From positions 1 to 16,935 of the forward strand of contig JAKEFC010000025.1 of the NCBI GenBank assembly GCA_022616235.1: a stretch of 16,935 bases of DNA. Direction: 5' to 3'. A program made the position numbers and the translations under genes. This DNA is from Planctomycetota bacterium (GTDB lineage Bacteria; Planctomycetota; UBA8108; UBA1146; JAKEFC01). The notes under the pieces are model-generated. The model was not told where the DNA came from. It saw nothing but the letters and a program-made list of their open reading frames with translations, and did not search any database. This document shows, in pieces, positions 1-7,475 of this stretch (position 1 is the first letter of the stretch; each line of letters opens with the position of its first letter).

Positions 1-108
1 GCTACGATAGGCTTCCTCATGTGCATGAGGCATTTCTCACATTGGCTTGCGCCCTTGTGTGTTTCAGGCAGCTCCACCCTTCATTTTGAAACGTGCTCTA
101 ATTCACGA

Positions 109-399
109 ATGAGCGAAGTGCCCGATCTTGCCGCGTACCCCGGCGGCGATCTCGTTGCGCAAGGCATCAAAGACCTCGAGCGCGGCATCGAGTCGGTGCC
201 CGTGTACTTGGTCGCGATGGCGCGCACGCGGCTTCGCTCCCTTGGCTTCCAAGTTCCAGAGAGTCCCTGGGGGCCGACGGAGCTGCGACTCTACGAGCTT
301 CTCGCCGCGGAACTCGGCGACGGCGCTCACTCTCGCTACAACGCGCTTCGCCGCCGCCTCTCGAGCTTCATCCGCGCGGTAGGATGCGCGCGCCCGTAG
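109..399 (+). CDS. hypothetical small protein (96 aa). Start at ATG 109 is preferred over the ORF-track start at 19.
   Basis: Third-position GC rises sharply from codon 109 onward (~75%). The 1..108 stretch is AT-richer with low GC3 and is intergenic-like. I recognise no family and found no Cys-His-Asp transglutaminase core. Confidence 0.35.
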   Translation: MSEVPDLAAYPGGDLVAQGIKDLERGIESVPVYLVAMARTRLRSLGFQVPESPWGPTELRLYELLAAELGDGAHSRYNALRRRLSSFIRAVGCARP

Positions 400-756
400 A
401 CCGTACGCGCGCCGAAGCGCTCATGTCTACCGTGGGGAGTCGCGCATCTTCGGAGGAGTTCCTTCGACATTTCGGGGAAGAACGCTCGGCGAAATGCCGC
501 CGCTGGCGCTTCGCGTGGCGTCAAGCGCCAGGCGCGGAGTGCTTTGCGCGCGGCGAAGCCTCGCTCCGGGGGCCGAATTGCCTTTCCGACCTGCTTTAGC
601 TAAAACGGCGCCTGTAATTATGACTCATGCGGCCATTCGGCGCTCCGCGCTGCTCGAATTGGCAGGAAACTTGCCCGGGCAAGTCGATTCGGCGCATCGA
701 TTCGCAGTGAGCGTCGGGAAGGGGGGCTCCTGAGCGACGTAATCACCCTACACAAC

Positions 757-1299
757 ATGTTCCTCGCCTGCGCCGCGATCGGCATGGTGCTGCTCGTCGT
801 GCAAGTCGTGATGATGGTCATCGGCCTCGACAACGTCGATGACCCGAGCGACACGGCGTTCTCCGTGGACGATGCCGCCGGCGGCGACGCCTTCTTCGGC
901 TACCTCTCGCTGAAGACCGTGGTCGCGTTCCTCGCGTTCTTCGGACTCACCGGCCTCGCGGTCGAGAATGCCGCCTGGGCGTCTGCCACGTGGGTGAAGC
1001 TCGCGGTCGCCTCCGCCGCCGGATTGCTCGCGTTCCTCGGCGTCGCCTACCTCATGAAGAGCTTCATGAAGCTGCAATCGCAGGGGAACGTGGAGCTGAA
1101 GAACGCCGTAGGCCAGCAGGGGATCGTCTATCTCACGATCCCGGCCTATCGCGCGGGGATGGGACAAGTCACGGTCGTGGTGCAGCAGCGCACCATGCAA
1201 ATCAAAGCGATCACACAAGGGACAGAATTGAAGACCGGCGTTCCGATTCGCGTCGTGGGCCAACATGGCGCCGACGTCGTCGAAGTCGCCGCCGTGTAG
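757..1299 (+). CDS. NfeD/YqiJ-like membrane protein (partner of SPFH/flotillin proteins)
   Basis: Hydrophobic N-terminal TM segment, an acidic stretch (DNVDDPSD), further TM helices, and a C-terminal soluble beta-rich tail (GQVTVVVQQRTMQIKAI...GVPIRVVGQHGADVVEV) typical of the NfeD OB-fold. Sits immediately upstream of a flotillin gene, as in E. coli yqiJ-yqiK. Confidence 0.7.
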   Translation: MFLACAAIGMVLLVVQVVMMVIGLDNVDDPSDTAFSVDDAAGGDAFFGYLSLKTVVAFLAFFGLTGLAVENAAWASATWVKLAVASAAGLLAFLGVAYLMKSFMKLQSQGNVELKNAVGQQGIVYLTIPAYRAGMGQVTVVVQQRTMQIKAITQGTELKTGVPIRVVGQHGADVVEVAAV

Positions 1300-1384
1300 G
1301 CTCCGCATCCTTTCCTGGACAATTCGCTTTCGGGTTCGAGTGCGCATCGCCGCGAGGGCGGCATCGCGCCTGAAGGAGTGAGAG

Positions 1385-3118
1385 ATGGAAGCTGTCGGTT
1401 TTTTCCTGGCCCAAATGAACTCACAGGCGCTTGGCGCCATGGTCATCGCGCTCGTTCTTTTTGGCGCCTTGTTCCTGTTCTTCCTCGCGAAACGCTACAA
1501 GCGCTGCCCGCCGAACCGCGTGCTCGTGATCTACGGCAAGGTCCGCGCCGGCACCTCGGCGCGCTGTCTCCACGGCGGCGGCGCGTTCGTCTGGCCGCTG
1601 ATCCAGAACTATTCCTATCTCAGCCTCGACCCCCTGCAGATCGAGATCCCGCTGAGCGGCGCGCTCTCCGCCGAGAACATCCGCATCAACGTACCGAGCG
1701 TCTTCACCGTGGCGGTCGGCACGACGGATGAACTGATGCAGAGCGCCGCGCAGCGCTTGCAGGGGCTCTCCCCCACGGAGATTTCCCAGCAGGGCCGCGA
1801 CATCATCTTCGGGCAGCTCCGGCAAGTGATCGCGTCGATGGGGATCGAGGACATCAACCGCGACCGCGACAAATTCCTGAGCAAGGTCCAATCGTCGCTC
1901 GAGCCGGAGCTGAACAAGATCGGTCTCGTGCTCATCAACGTGAACATCACGGACATCACGGATGAGTCGGGATACATCGAGGCGATCGGGCGCAAGGCTG
2001 CGTCCGAGGCGGTGCAATCCGCCGCGATCGACGTCGCGCTGCAAGAGAAGCGCGGCGCGATCGGCGTCGCCGCCGCGAAGCGCGACCAGGACATCAGCGT
2101 CGCGCAGGCCGAGCGTGACCTGCAAGTCGGGACGACGACCGCGCAGCGCGAGCAGGCGGTCGAGGTCGCCCGCCTCGCGAAAGAGCGCGCGGTCGGCGAG
2201 CAGCAGGCCGCCTTCGAGCGCGATTCGCAGATCAAGGTGGCGGAGCGGGAGATGAGGGTCGCGGTCGCGAACGCGAATGCCTCGGCCGTCTCCGGCGAGA
2301 ACGAAGCGAAGGCCGTCATCGCGAACGCGAACGCGCAGCTCCGCATCAAGGAAGCGGAAGCGTACCAGGTCTCCGAGGTGCGGAAGCGCGAAGCCGAGGC
2401 CGCGGTCCTCGAAGCGCAGTACAAGGCGCAGGCGCGCCAGGCGCTCGCCGAGTCCACGAAGATCGAGGCGGAGCAGCGGGCGCAGCTCGAGGCCGCCGCG
2501 CGCGCGATCAAAGCGAAGATCACCGTCGACGCCGAGGCGGAGGCGGATGCGCGCCGCATCCACGCGCAAGGGCAGGCGGACGCGCGGCGCATCGAGGCGG
2601 AAGCGCAAGCGCAGGCGACCTTCGTCAATCTCGAGGCTCAGGCGCGCGGCCAGTTCGAAATCCTGCGCCGGAAGGCGGAGGGCCTGCGCGAGCTGGTGGC
2701 GAGCTGCGGCGGCGCGCAGAACGCCTTTCAGTTGATGATGCTCGAGCACCTCGACCACCTCGCGGAAACCGCCGCCTCCGCGATCTCGAACGTCAAGTTC
2801 GACAAGATCGTCGTGTGGGACGGCGGCGCGGAGAACGGCGGCGCCGCTGGATTCGTGAAGCGCATGGGCTCCATGCTGCCGCCCATGATGAATCTCATGA
2901 AGGACATAGGCGGCGTGCAGATGCCGGAATTCCTCGGGAAGATGGTGGAAGGAGAGGGCGCGGGCCCGGGCGCCGGGCCGAGCGCCGGCGCCGGCGCCGG
3001 CACGGGCGCCGCACCGCCGCATGCGGGACCGCCGCCGGCCGCGCCGCCGCCGCAAGCGCCGCCTGCATCCACGGGCACGGCCCCTGGCGGCGCGAAGCCC
3101 GGCGGCAAGGGGCACTAG
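1385..3118 (+). CDS. flotillin-like SPFH/band-7 protein (YqiK/FloT family) with an Ala/Gly/Pro-rich C-terminal tail
   Basis: GAAGGAG RBS 6 nt before ATG 1385. N-terminal TM anchor, then an SPFH core (RVLVIYGKVRAG...FVWPLIQNYSYLSLDPLQIEIPL...), then a long EA-rich coiled-coil with flotillin-type repeats (ADARRIHAQGQADARRIEAEAQAQA). The tail GAGPGAGPSAGAGAGTGAAPPHAGPPPAAPPPQAPP is low-complexity. Confidence 0.85.
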   Translation: MEAVGFFLAQMNSQALGAMVIALVLFGALFLFFLAKRYKRCPPNRVLVIYGKVRAGTSARCLHGGGAFVWPLIQNYSYLSLDPLQIEIPLSGALSAENIRINVPSVFTVAVGTTDELMQSAAQRLQGLSPTEISQQGRDIIFGQLRQVIASMGIEDINRDRDKFLSKVQSSLEPELNKIGLVLINVNITDITDESGYIEAIGRKAASEAVQSAAIDVALQEKRGAIGVAAAKRDQDISVAQAERDLQVGTTTAQREQAVEVARLAKERAVGEQQAAFERDSQIKVAEREMRVAVANANASAVSGENEAKAVIANANAQLRIKEAEAYQVSEVRKREAEAAVLEAQYKAQARQALAESTKIEAEQRAQLEAAARAIKAKITVDAEAEADARRIHAQGQADARRIEAEAQAQATFVNLEAQARGQFEILRRKAEGLRELVASCGGAQNAFQLMMLEHLDHLAETAASAISNVKFDKIVVWDGGAENGGAAGFVKRMGSMLPPMMNLMKDIGGVQMPEFLGKMVEGEGAGPGAGPSAGAGAGTGAAPPHAGPPPAAPPPQAPPASTGTAPGGAKPGGKGH

Positions 3119-3161
3119 CTCGAGGTCGAGCGCGTTCACTGTGGGGGCGCGCCGTGGCAGC

Positions 3162-4163
3162 ATGAAGATGCATGACGATGGAGGAATCGCCACGCCGAAC
3201 AACGAAGGGCACCGCTCCAACGGCGGGGCAACGCACTATCGCGCCTACGGCATCACGATCGCTTCCGAGATCGATCTGCCGGAGTTGCCGCGCGCCCCCG
3301 CCGGCGCCGGGAGCGTCGCGGATCTCACGATCCGCCTCGGCACCGTCGATGCGAGCGACGCGGCGCCGGCCGCGGCGGGGAGCCGCTTCTGGATCCGCGG
3401 CGGCGATGCGTGCCACGCTTACAAGGGCGCCGGAGCATTCCTCGCCCGCGCAGGCGCGGAGATCATCGTGGATCCGCTCCCCGGCGTCGCCGCGGAGGTC
3501 ATCCGCCTCTCGCTCCTCGGCCCCGTGCTCGCGCTCGCGCTCCATCAGCGCGGCCTTTTCCTCCTCCACGCGAGCGCCGTCGCGGCTCCGCGCGGAACCG
3601 GCGCGATCGTCCTCGCGGGAGCGTCGGGGGCAGGCAAGTCGACCGCCGCGGCGCTCCTCTGCCGGAACGGCTACGCGCTCGTGGCGGACGATGTGACGGC
3701 GCTCGCTCCGAGCCCCGCGGGCGTGCAGGTCCTGCCGGGCTATCCGCAGTGCAAGCTCTGGCGCGATGCCTACGAGGCGCTCGGCTATGCGGAGGAGGAA
3801 CTCGCGCCGATGAATCCGGCGTACGACAAGCGCGCGCTCCGCACCGCGAGTCACTTCTGCGCGCAACCGCTCCCGCTCGGCGGGATCTGCATCCTCGACG
3901 TCGGGGAGCAGCTCGCGTACGAAGCGGTGCCGCCGCAACAGGGTTTCGCCGAGGTCATGCGCAACTGGTACGGCGCCCGCTTCGGAAGCGGTCTCTTCCA
4001 GGCGCTCGATCGCGAGCTGCACCTCCGCCACGCCGCCGCGGTCGCCGCGAGCGCGCCGATCGTCCGCCTCACGCGCCCGCGCCTCGGCCTCGCCGACCCC
4101 GCCTTCGGCGGCCGCTTCGCCGCCGCCATCGCGCGCGCCTTCGCCGCTGGGCGTCCCGCCTGA
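3162..4163 (+). CDS. HPr kinase/phosphorylase C-terminal-domain-like kinase; predicted lasso peptide C-terminal Ser kinase
   Basis: P-loop GASGAGKSTAAALLCRNGYALVADDV matches the HprK C-domain (GxSGxGKS...lvaDD). The N-terminal ...YRAYGITIASEIDLPELP resembles lasso-associated HprK homologues. Both downstream precursors end in Ser. Start ATG 3162 (or 3168); the upstream in-frame ORF extension is Arg-rich junk. Confidence 0.8.
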   Translation: MKMHDDGGIATPNNEGHRSNGGATHYRAYGITIASEIDLPELPRAPAGAGSVADLTIRLGTVDASDAAPAAAGSRFWIRGGDACHAYKGAGAFLARAGAEIIVDPLPGVAAEVIRLSLLGPVLALALHQRGLFLLHASAVAAPRGTGAIVLAGASGAGKSTAAALLCRNGYALVADDVTALAPSPAGVQVLPGYPQCKLWRDAYEALGYAEEELAPMNPAYDKRALRTASHFCAQPLPLGGICILDVGEQLAYEAVPPQQGFAEVMRNWYGARFGSGLFQALDRELHLRHAAAVAASAPIVRLTRPRLGLADPAFGGRFAAAIARAFAAGRPA

Positions 4164-4253
4164 CGCGTTCCCCCCGCCGTGATAGATTATCGTCGCAGAG
4201 CGCCTGGCCGCACTTCACGCCTCGCATCGAGACGGGAGCGAAACACGCACGCC

Positions 4254-4547
4254 ATGAGTGAAAGCCTTTCGCGAAACAGCGTCGTGACGAAGCTGCGCGA
4301 GCAGATCGCCGCGAGTCTCGGCGCCGAGGCCGTGATCCTGCACCTCGAGAGCGGGATCTACTACGGGCTCAACGAAGTCGGCGCGCGCATCTGGAGCCTC
4401 GTGGAGGAGCCGCGCACGGTGCAGGCGCTCATCGATGCCATCGTGGCAGAGTACGACGTGGAGCCCGAGCAATGCGCGCGCGACGTGGAGACGCTGCTCG
4501 GCCGCCTCGTAGAGAAGCGGCTCATCTCGATCTCGCCCCCCAAGTGA
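4254..4547 (+). CDS. PqqD-family RiPP recognition element (lasso B1 protein)
   Basis: 97 aa with the PqqD-like signature (AVILHLESGIYYGLNEVGARIWSLVEEPRTVQALIDAIVAEYDV). The size is typical of B1/RRE proteins. The GTG 4179 extension would only add an Arg-rich N-terminus. Confidence 0.8.
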   Translation: MSESLSRNSVVTKLREQIAASLGAEAVILHLESGIYYGLNEVGARIWSLVEEPRTVQALIDAIVAEYDVEPEQCARDVETLLGRLVEKRLISISPPK

Positions 4548-4631
4548 TCCTAGAGCCCATTTCAAAACCTGGCCGTGGGCCAGAGGTCGAGCGAGAGGCG
4601 CGCGCGCAAGGAGAGCCGAAGAGTCGTATTA

Positions 4632-6605
4632 ATGGAGAAATACGGCGATGAGGTTCGACGCAGCGCGCGTGCCTCGCAGCCGACCGAAGCCAGGCCAGGT
4701 ATTGAAATTGGCTCGCAGAAATCGCTCCGAAAGTCGGCGCCCTTGATCGGGATCGCAGGCATCGTCCGCCGCGGCGGCCCCCCACTCGATCCCGCGGATG
4801 AAGAGCGCCTGCTCGCGGCGATCGCGCGCGGCGCGCGGCGCGAAGCGCCGGCGTTTCGCGGCACCGATGCGTTCCTGTGCGGCGGGGAGCGCGCCCCCGA
4901 GCCCGGCGTCATCTTCTTCTCCGGCCGCCTCGACGATCTCGCGGGTTTGCAGAGGAGTCTCGGTGAGGGCGCGCCGCCGGTCGCCGGCCCGGCGAATGAC
5001 GCGGCGTTCGCGGGCGCCGCGTTCGCAAAGTGGGGGGAACGGACCCCGGAATTCCTCCTCGGCGACTTCGCGCTCGCCGCGTTCGATGCGAGCGAGCGGC
5101 GCCTCTTTCTCGCGCGCGATGCGATCGGCGTCATCCCCGTGTACTACCATCTCACGCCGGCGCGCTTCGCGTTCGCGACGGAGTTGGGAGCGCTCCTCGC
5201 GCTTCCTTGGATCCCGCGCGAGCCCGACGAGCTTCGCATCGCGGACTACGTCGCCGTCTACTTCGACGACCGAGAAGCGACCTTCTATCGCGCGATCCGC
5301 CGCCTGCCGCCCGCGCACGCGCTCGCCGTCCAGCCGGCGGCCGCCCGCACGCGCCGCTACTGGGCGCTGGATCCCGCGCGCGAGATCGTGCCCGCCTCCG
5401 ACGAAGAAGCCGCCGAGCGCTTTCGCGCGCTCTTCTGCGACGCGGTGGGGGCGCGCTTGCGGCGGGCGGCGCACCCCGCGCTGCTCTTGAGCGGCGGGCT
5501 CGATTCCGCATCGATACTCTGCGCGGCCCAGGGGTTCTCTCCGAGCGCGGCGCCGCTCGCGACCTTCAGCGCCGTGTTTCCATCGCAATCGCGCGCCGAC
5601 GAGACGCGCGACCTCGATCTTCTGCTCGCCGAAGTGCGCGCGGCGCCCACGATCGTGCGCGCCGATCTGCTGAGTCCGCTCGGCGCTTCCCGCGAGATGC
5701 TCCGCCACCTGCGCCAGCCGTATCACGCGCCGAATCTCTTCGTGTATTGGAGCCTCGCGCGCGCGGCGCACGAGGCGGGAGTGACGGCGCTCCTCGACGG
5801 CGTGGACGGCGACACGACCGTGAGCCACGGATTCGAGTACCTGGCGGAATTGTTCCGCGGCGCGCGCTGGCTCGCGTGGCTTCGCGAGACGCGAAGCCTC
5901 GCAAGGCGGCTCGGCACCGCGACGCTCCCTTTCCTCTGGCGCTTCGGCGTGCTGCCCTCCCTGACGCGCTTCGCCGGCGAGCGCTATGGCGCTTTCGGCG
6001 CGGGCGCGCCGGGGACGCCGCCTCCGCTCCTCGACCGCGACTGCGCGGAGCGCGTGGAGTGGCGCGCGAAGCGCGAGGATGCGATCGCCGCGCTCGGCGC
6101 CGCGCCGCCGACCTTGCGCGCCGCTCATCATCGCCAGCTCGCGAGCGGCCTCATCCCGTTCTACCTCGAAGTGAATCACCTGCTCTCGGCGCCGCTCGGG
6201 ATCGAGGCGCGGCATCCGTATTACGACCGGCGCTTGATCGAATACTGCCTCGCGCTACCGCCCGCGCTCCGCCTCCAGGATGGATGGGACCGGCGCGTGC
6301 AGCGGCTCGCCATGGCGGGCATGGTGCCAGAACGGGTCCGCTTGCGCTTGCGCAAGGCGCACTGGGGAAGGAACTTCGAAGAGAGCTTTCTGGTTCGCGA
6401 CCGCGGCCTGATCGAGGAGACCCTCGAGGTTTCGGCGCCGAGGCTCCGCCAATTCCTCGATTTGGGGCGGCTCCAAGCGGCGATGCACCGAACCGCAGCA
6501 GGGGGGCGCCGCGCGGACGACGTCATGGACCTCTGGGTTGCGACGACGCTGGGCCTCTGGCTCGTGTCCGAAGAGCGTGCGAGCGCTTCCACTGCCGTCG
6601 GGTAG
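4632..6605 (+). CDS. asparagine synthetase-like lasso peptide cyclase (C protein)
   Basis: N-terminal LIGIAGIV resembles the AsnB MCGIAGI motif but carries Leu in place of the nucleophilic Cys. An SGGLDS PP-loop ATP-pyrophosphatase motif is present (ALLLSGGLDSASILCAAQ). Length ~620-657 aa. Start is uncertain: ATG 4632 or TTG 4743. Confidence 0.85.
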   Translation: MEKYGDEVRRSARASQPTEARPGIEIGSQKSLRKSAPLIGIAGIVRRGGPPLDPADEERLLAAIARGARREAPAFRGTDAFLCGGERAPEPGVIFFSGRLDDLAGLQRSLGEGAPPVAGPANDAAFAGAAFAKWGERTPEFLLGDFALAAFDASERRLFLARDAIGVIPVYYHLTPARFAFATELGALLALPWIPREPDELRIADYVAVYFDDREATFYRAIRRLPPAHALAVQPAAARTRRYWALDPAREIVPASDEEAAERFRALFCDAVGARLRRAAHPALLLSGGLDSASILCAAQGFSPSAAPLATFSAVFPSQSRADETRDLDLLLAEVRAAPTIVRADLLSPLGASREMLRHLRQPYHAPNLFVYWSLARAAHEAGVTALLDGVDGDTTVSHGFEYLAELFRGARWLAWLRETRSLARRLGTATLPFLWRFGVLPSLTRFAGERYGAFGAGAPGTPPPLLDRDCAERVEWRAKREDAIAALGAAPPTLRAAHHRQLASGLIPFYLEVNHLLSAPLGIEARHPYYDRRLIEYCLALPPALRLQDGWDRRVQRLAMAGMVPERVRLRLRKAHWGRNFEESFLVRDRGLIEETLEVSAPRLRQFLDLGRLQAAMHRTAAGGRRADDVMDLWVATTLGLWLVSEERASASTAVG

Positions 6606-6737
6606 TCACCGCGCCGCCAAGCCCGGCTCCGGCAACCGAGATTCCGGCGCGCAAGTTGGGCGAGCCCTTTGCTAGGTTCCGCGCAGACGCATGGCGCCGC
6701 CACTACGCCGCGAACGACACCGAAGGGAGCCTGCCTC

Positions 6738-6929
6738 ATGACCTCCGACTTCACGAACCTACCGGCCTCCCAGAACAAGCGCCGCCCTTACCGCACTCCG
6801 GAGTTGGTCGTCCACGGGAGCATGGAAAAACTCACCGGTTGGATCGGCGGCACTTGGGGCGAATTCTTCGGCGGCACGAACGGCCTCGACCCGTTGGGAG
6901 ATGACCCCTTGGGCGGCACGGGGAGCTGA
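6738..6929 (+). CDS. lasso peptide precursor A1 (63 aa): MTSDFTNLPASQNKRRPYRTPELVVHGSMEKLT-GWIGGTWGEFFGGTNGLDPLGDDPLGGTGS
   Basis: AAGGGAG RBS 8 nt upstream. The leader carries the RRE-binding motif YxxPxLx3G (YRTPELVVHG). The core has Glu at position 9 (8 if the core starts at Trp) for isopeptide ring closure, is Gly-rich, and ends in Ser (the kinase target). It is a paralogue of the next ORF and sits right after the cyclase gene. Confidence 0.75.
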   Translation: MTSDFTNLPASQNKRRPYRTPELVVHGSMEKLTGWIGGTWGEFFGGTNGLDPLGDDPLGGTGS

Positions 6930-7183
6930 CTCTACCGTTCGACGCACCACCCTCGCGCCGAGTCGAAGTCGCGGACTTCCGCGTCGCGACAACTCCCGTG
7001 CTGCGGCTCATTTCCGAGGATCTACCTCAGCAGTTCCACAGCCGGCGGGTAGCCAGAGAGCCACCCGGCCGGTATCCTTCTTCGACCCGGACGCCCGGAG
7101 TGCGTGCGCGGCTTCGCAAACGGCCGTGCGCACCCCACTCGGCGCAATCACTACGCCGCAAACGACGAGGAATCGACTCCATC

Positions 7184-7381
7184 ATGACCACCGCCTTCAC
7201 GAGCCGTGCGAATTCCCAATGCCCGCGCCGCCCCTACCTTGCTCCGGAGCTGATCGTCCACGGGAGCATAGAGAAGCTCACCGGTTGGGTCGGTGGCCCT
7301 TGGGGCGAATTCCTCGGCGGCACGAACACCGGCTACAATCCTTGGGACGGCGATGGGCCCTGGGCCGTCACGGGCAGCTAG
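7184..7381 (+). CDS. lasso peptide precursor A2 (65 aa): MTTAFTSRANSQCPRRPYLAPELIVHGSIEKLT-GWVGGPWGEFLGGTNTGYNPWDGDGPWAVTGS
   Basis: Same leader architecture (RRPY..PEL[VI]VHGS[MI]EKLT) and same ring region (GW[IV]GG[TP]WGEF) as A1. The tail differs and is rich in bulky Tyr/Trp. It also ends in Ser. The conserved upstream element CACTACGCCGC[AG]AACGAC is shared with A1. Confidence 0.75.
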   Translation: MTTAFTSRANSQCPRRPYLAPELIVHGSIEKLTGWVGGPWGEFLGGTNTGYNPWDGDGPWAVTGS

Positions 7382-7475
7382 CAACTTCTTTCCGCGCTCG
7401 TTCCCAATCTAAGTGCAAAGACTCGACACTCCCATCGACGAGAGTCGAAACACAGCGCCAGAATCGTTGCAACCG

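Noticed and set aside
19-108. Upstream extension of the first ORF (start at ATG 19 as in the ORF track)
   Set aside because: Third-position GC is low (~50%) before position 109 and high after it, and the segment looks like an AT-richer intergenic or promoter region. I prefer ATG 109 as the start.
109-399. Possibility that the unknown ORF is the missing lasso B2 peptidase
   Set aside because: No transglutaminase-like Cys...His...Asp arrangement or HAW-type motif is present. It is also separated from the cluster by the flotillin operon.
3119-3130. Palindrome CTCGAGGTCGAG right after the flotillin stop, as a possible terminator
   Set aside because: The stem would leave only a 2-nt loop and there is no downstream T-tract, so it is unlikely to terminate transcription.
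1421-3220. 599-aa minus-strand ORF antisense to the flotillin gene
   Set aside because: The translation is low-complexity Arg/Leu/Asp-rich with no domain features. The opposite strand carries a clearly recognisable SPFH/flotillin protein with an RBS. It is the classic high-GC shadow ORF.
2895-4261. Overlapping ORFs 2895..4031 (-), 3172..3696 (+) and 3410..4261 (+) across the kinase gene
   Set aside because: These are off-frame or antisense Arg-rich translations. The HprK-like frame has the P-loop and the conserved N-terminal motif.
4629-6215. 528-aa minus-strand ORF and the 624-aa +2-frame ORF (5030..6904) overlapping the cyclase gene
   Set aside because: Both translate to Arg/Ala/Gly/Pro-rich junk. 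The cyclase frame carries the SGGLDS motif and coherent Asn-synthetase-like sequence.
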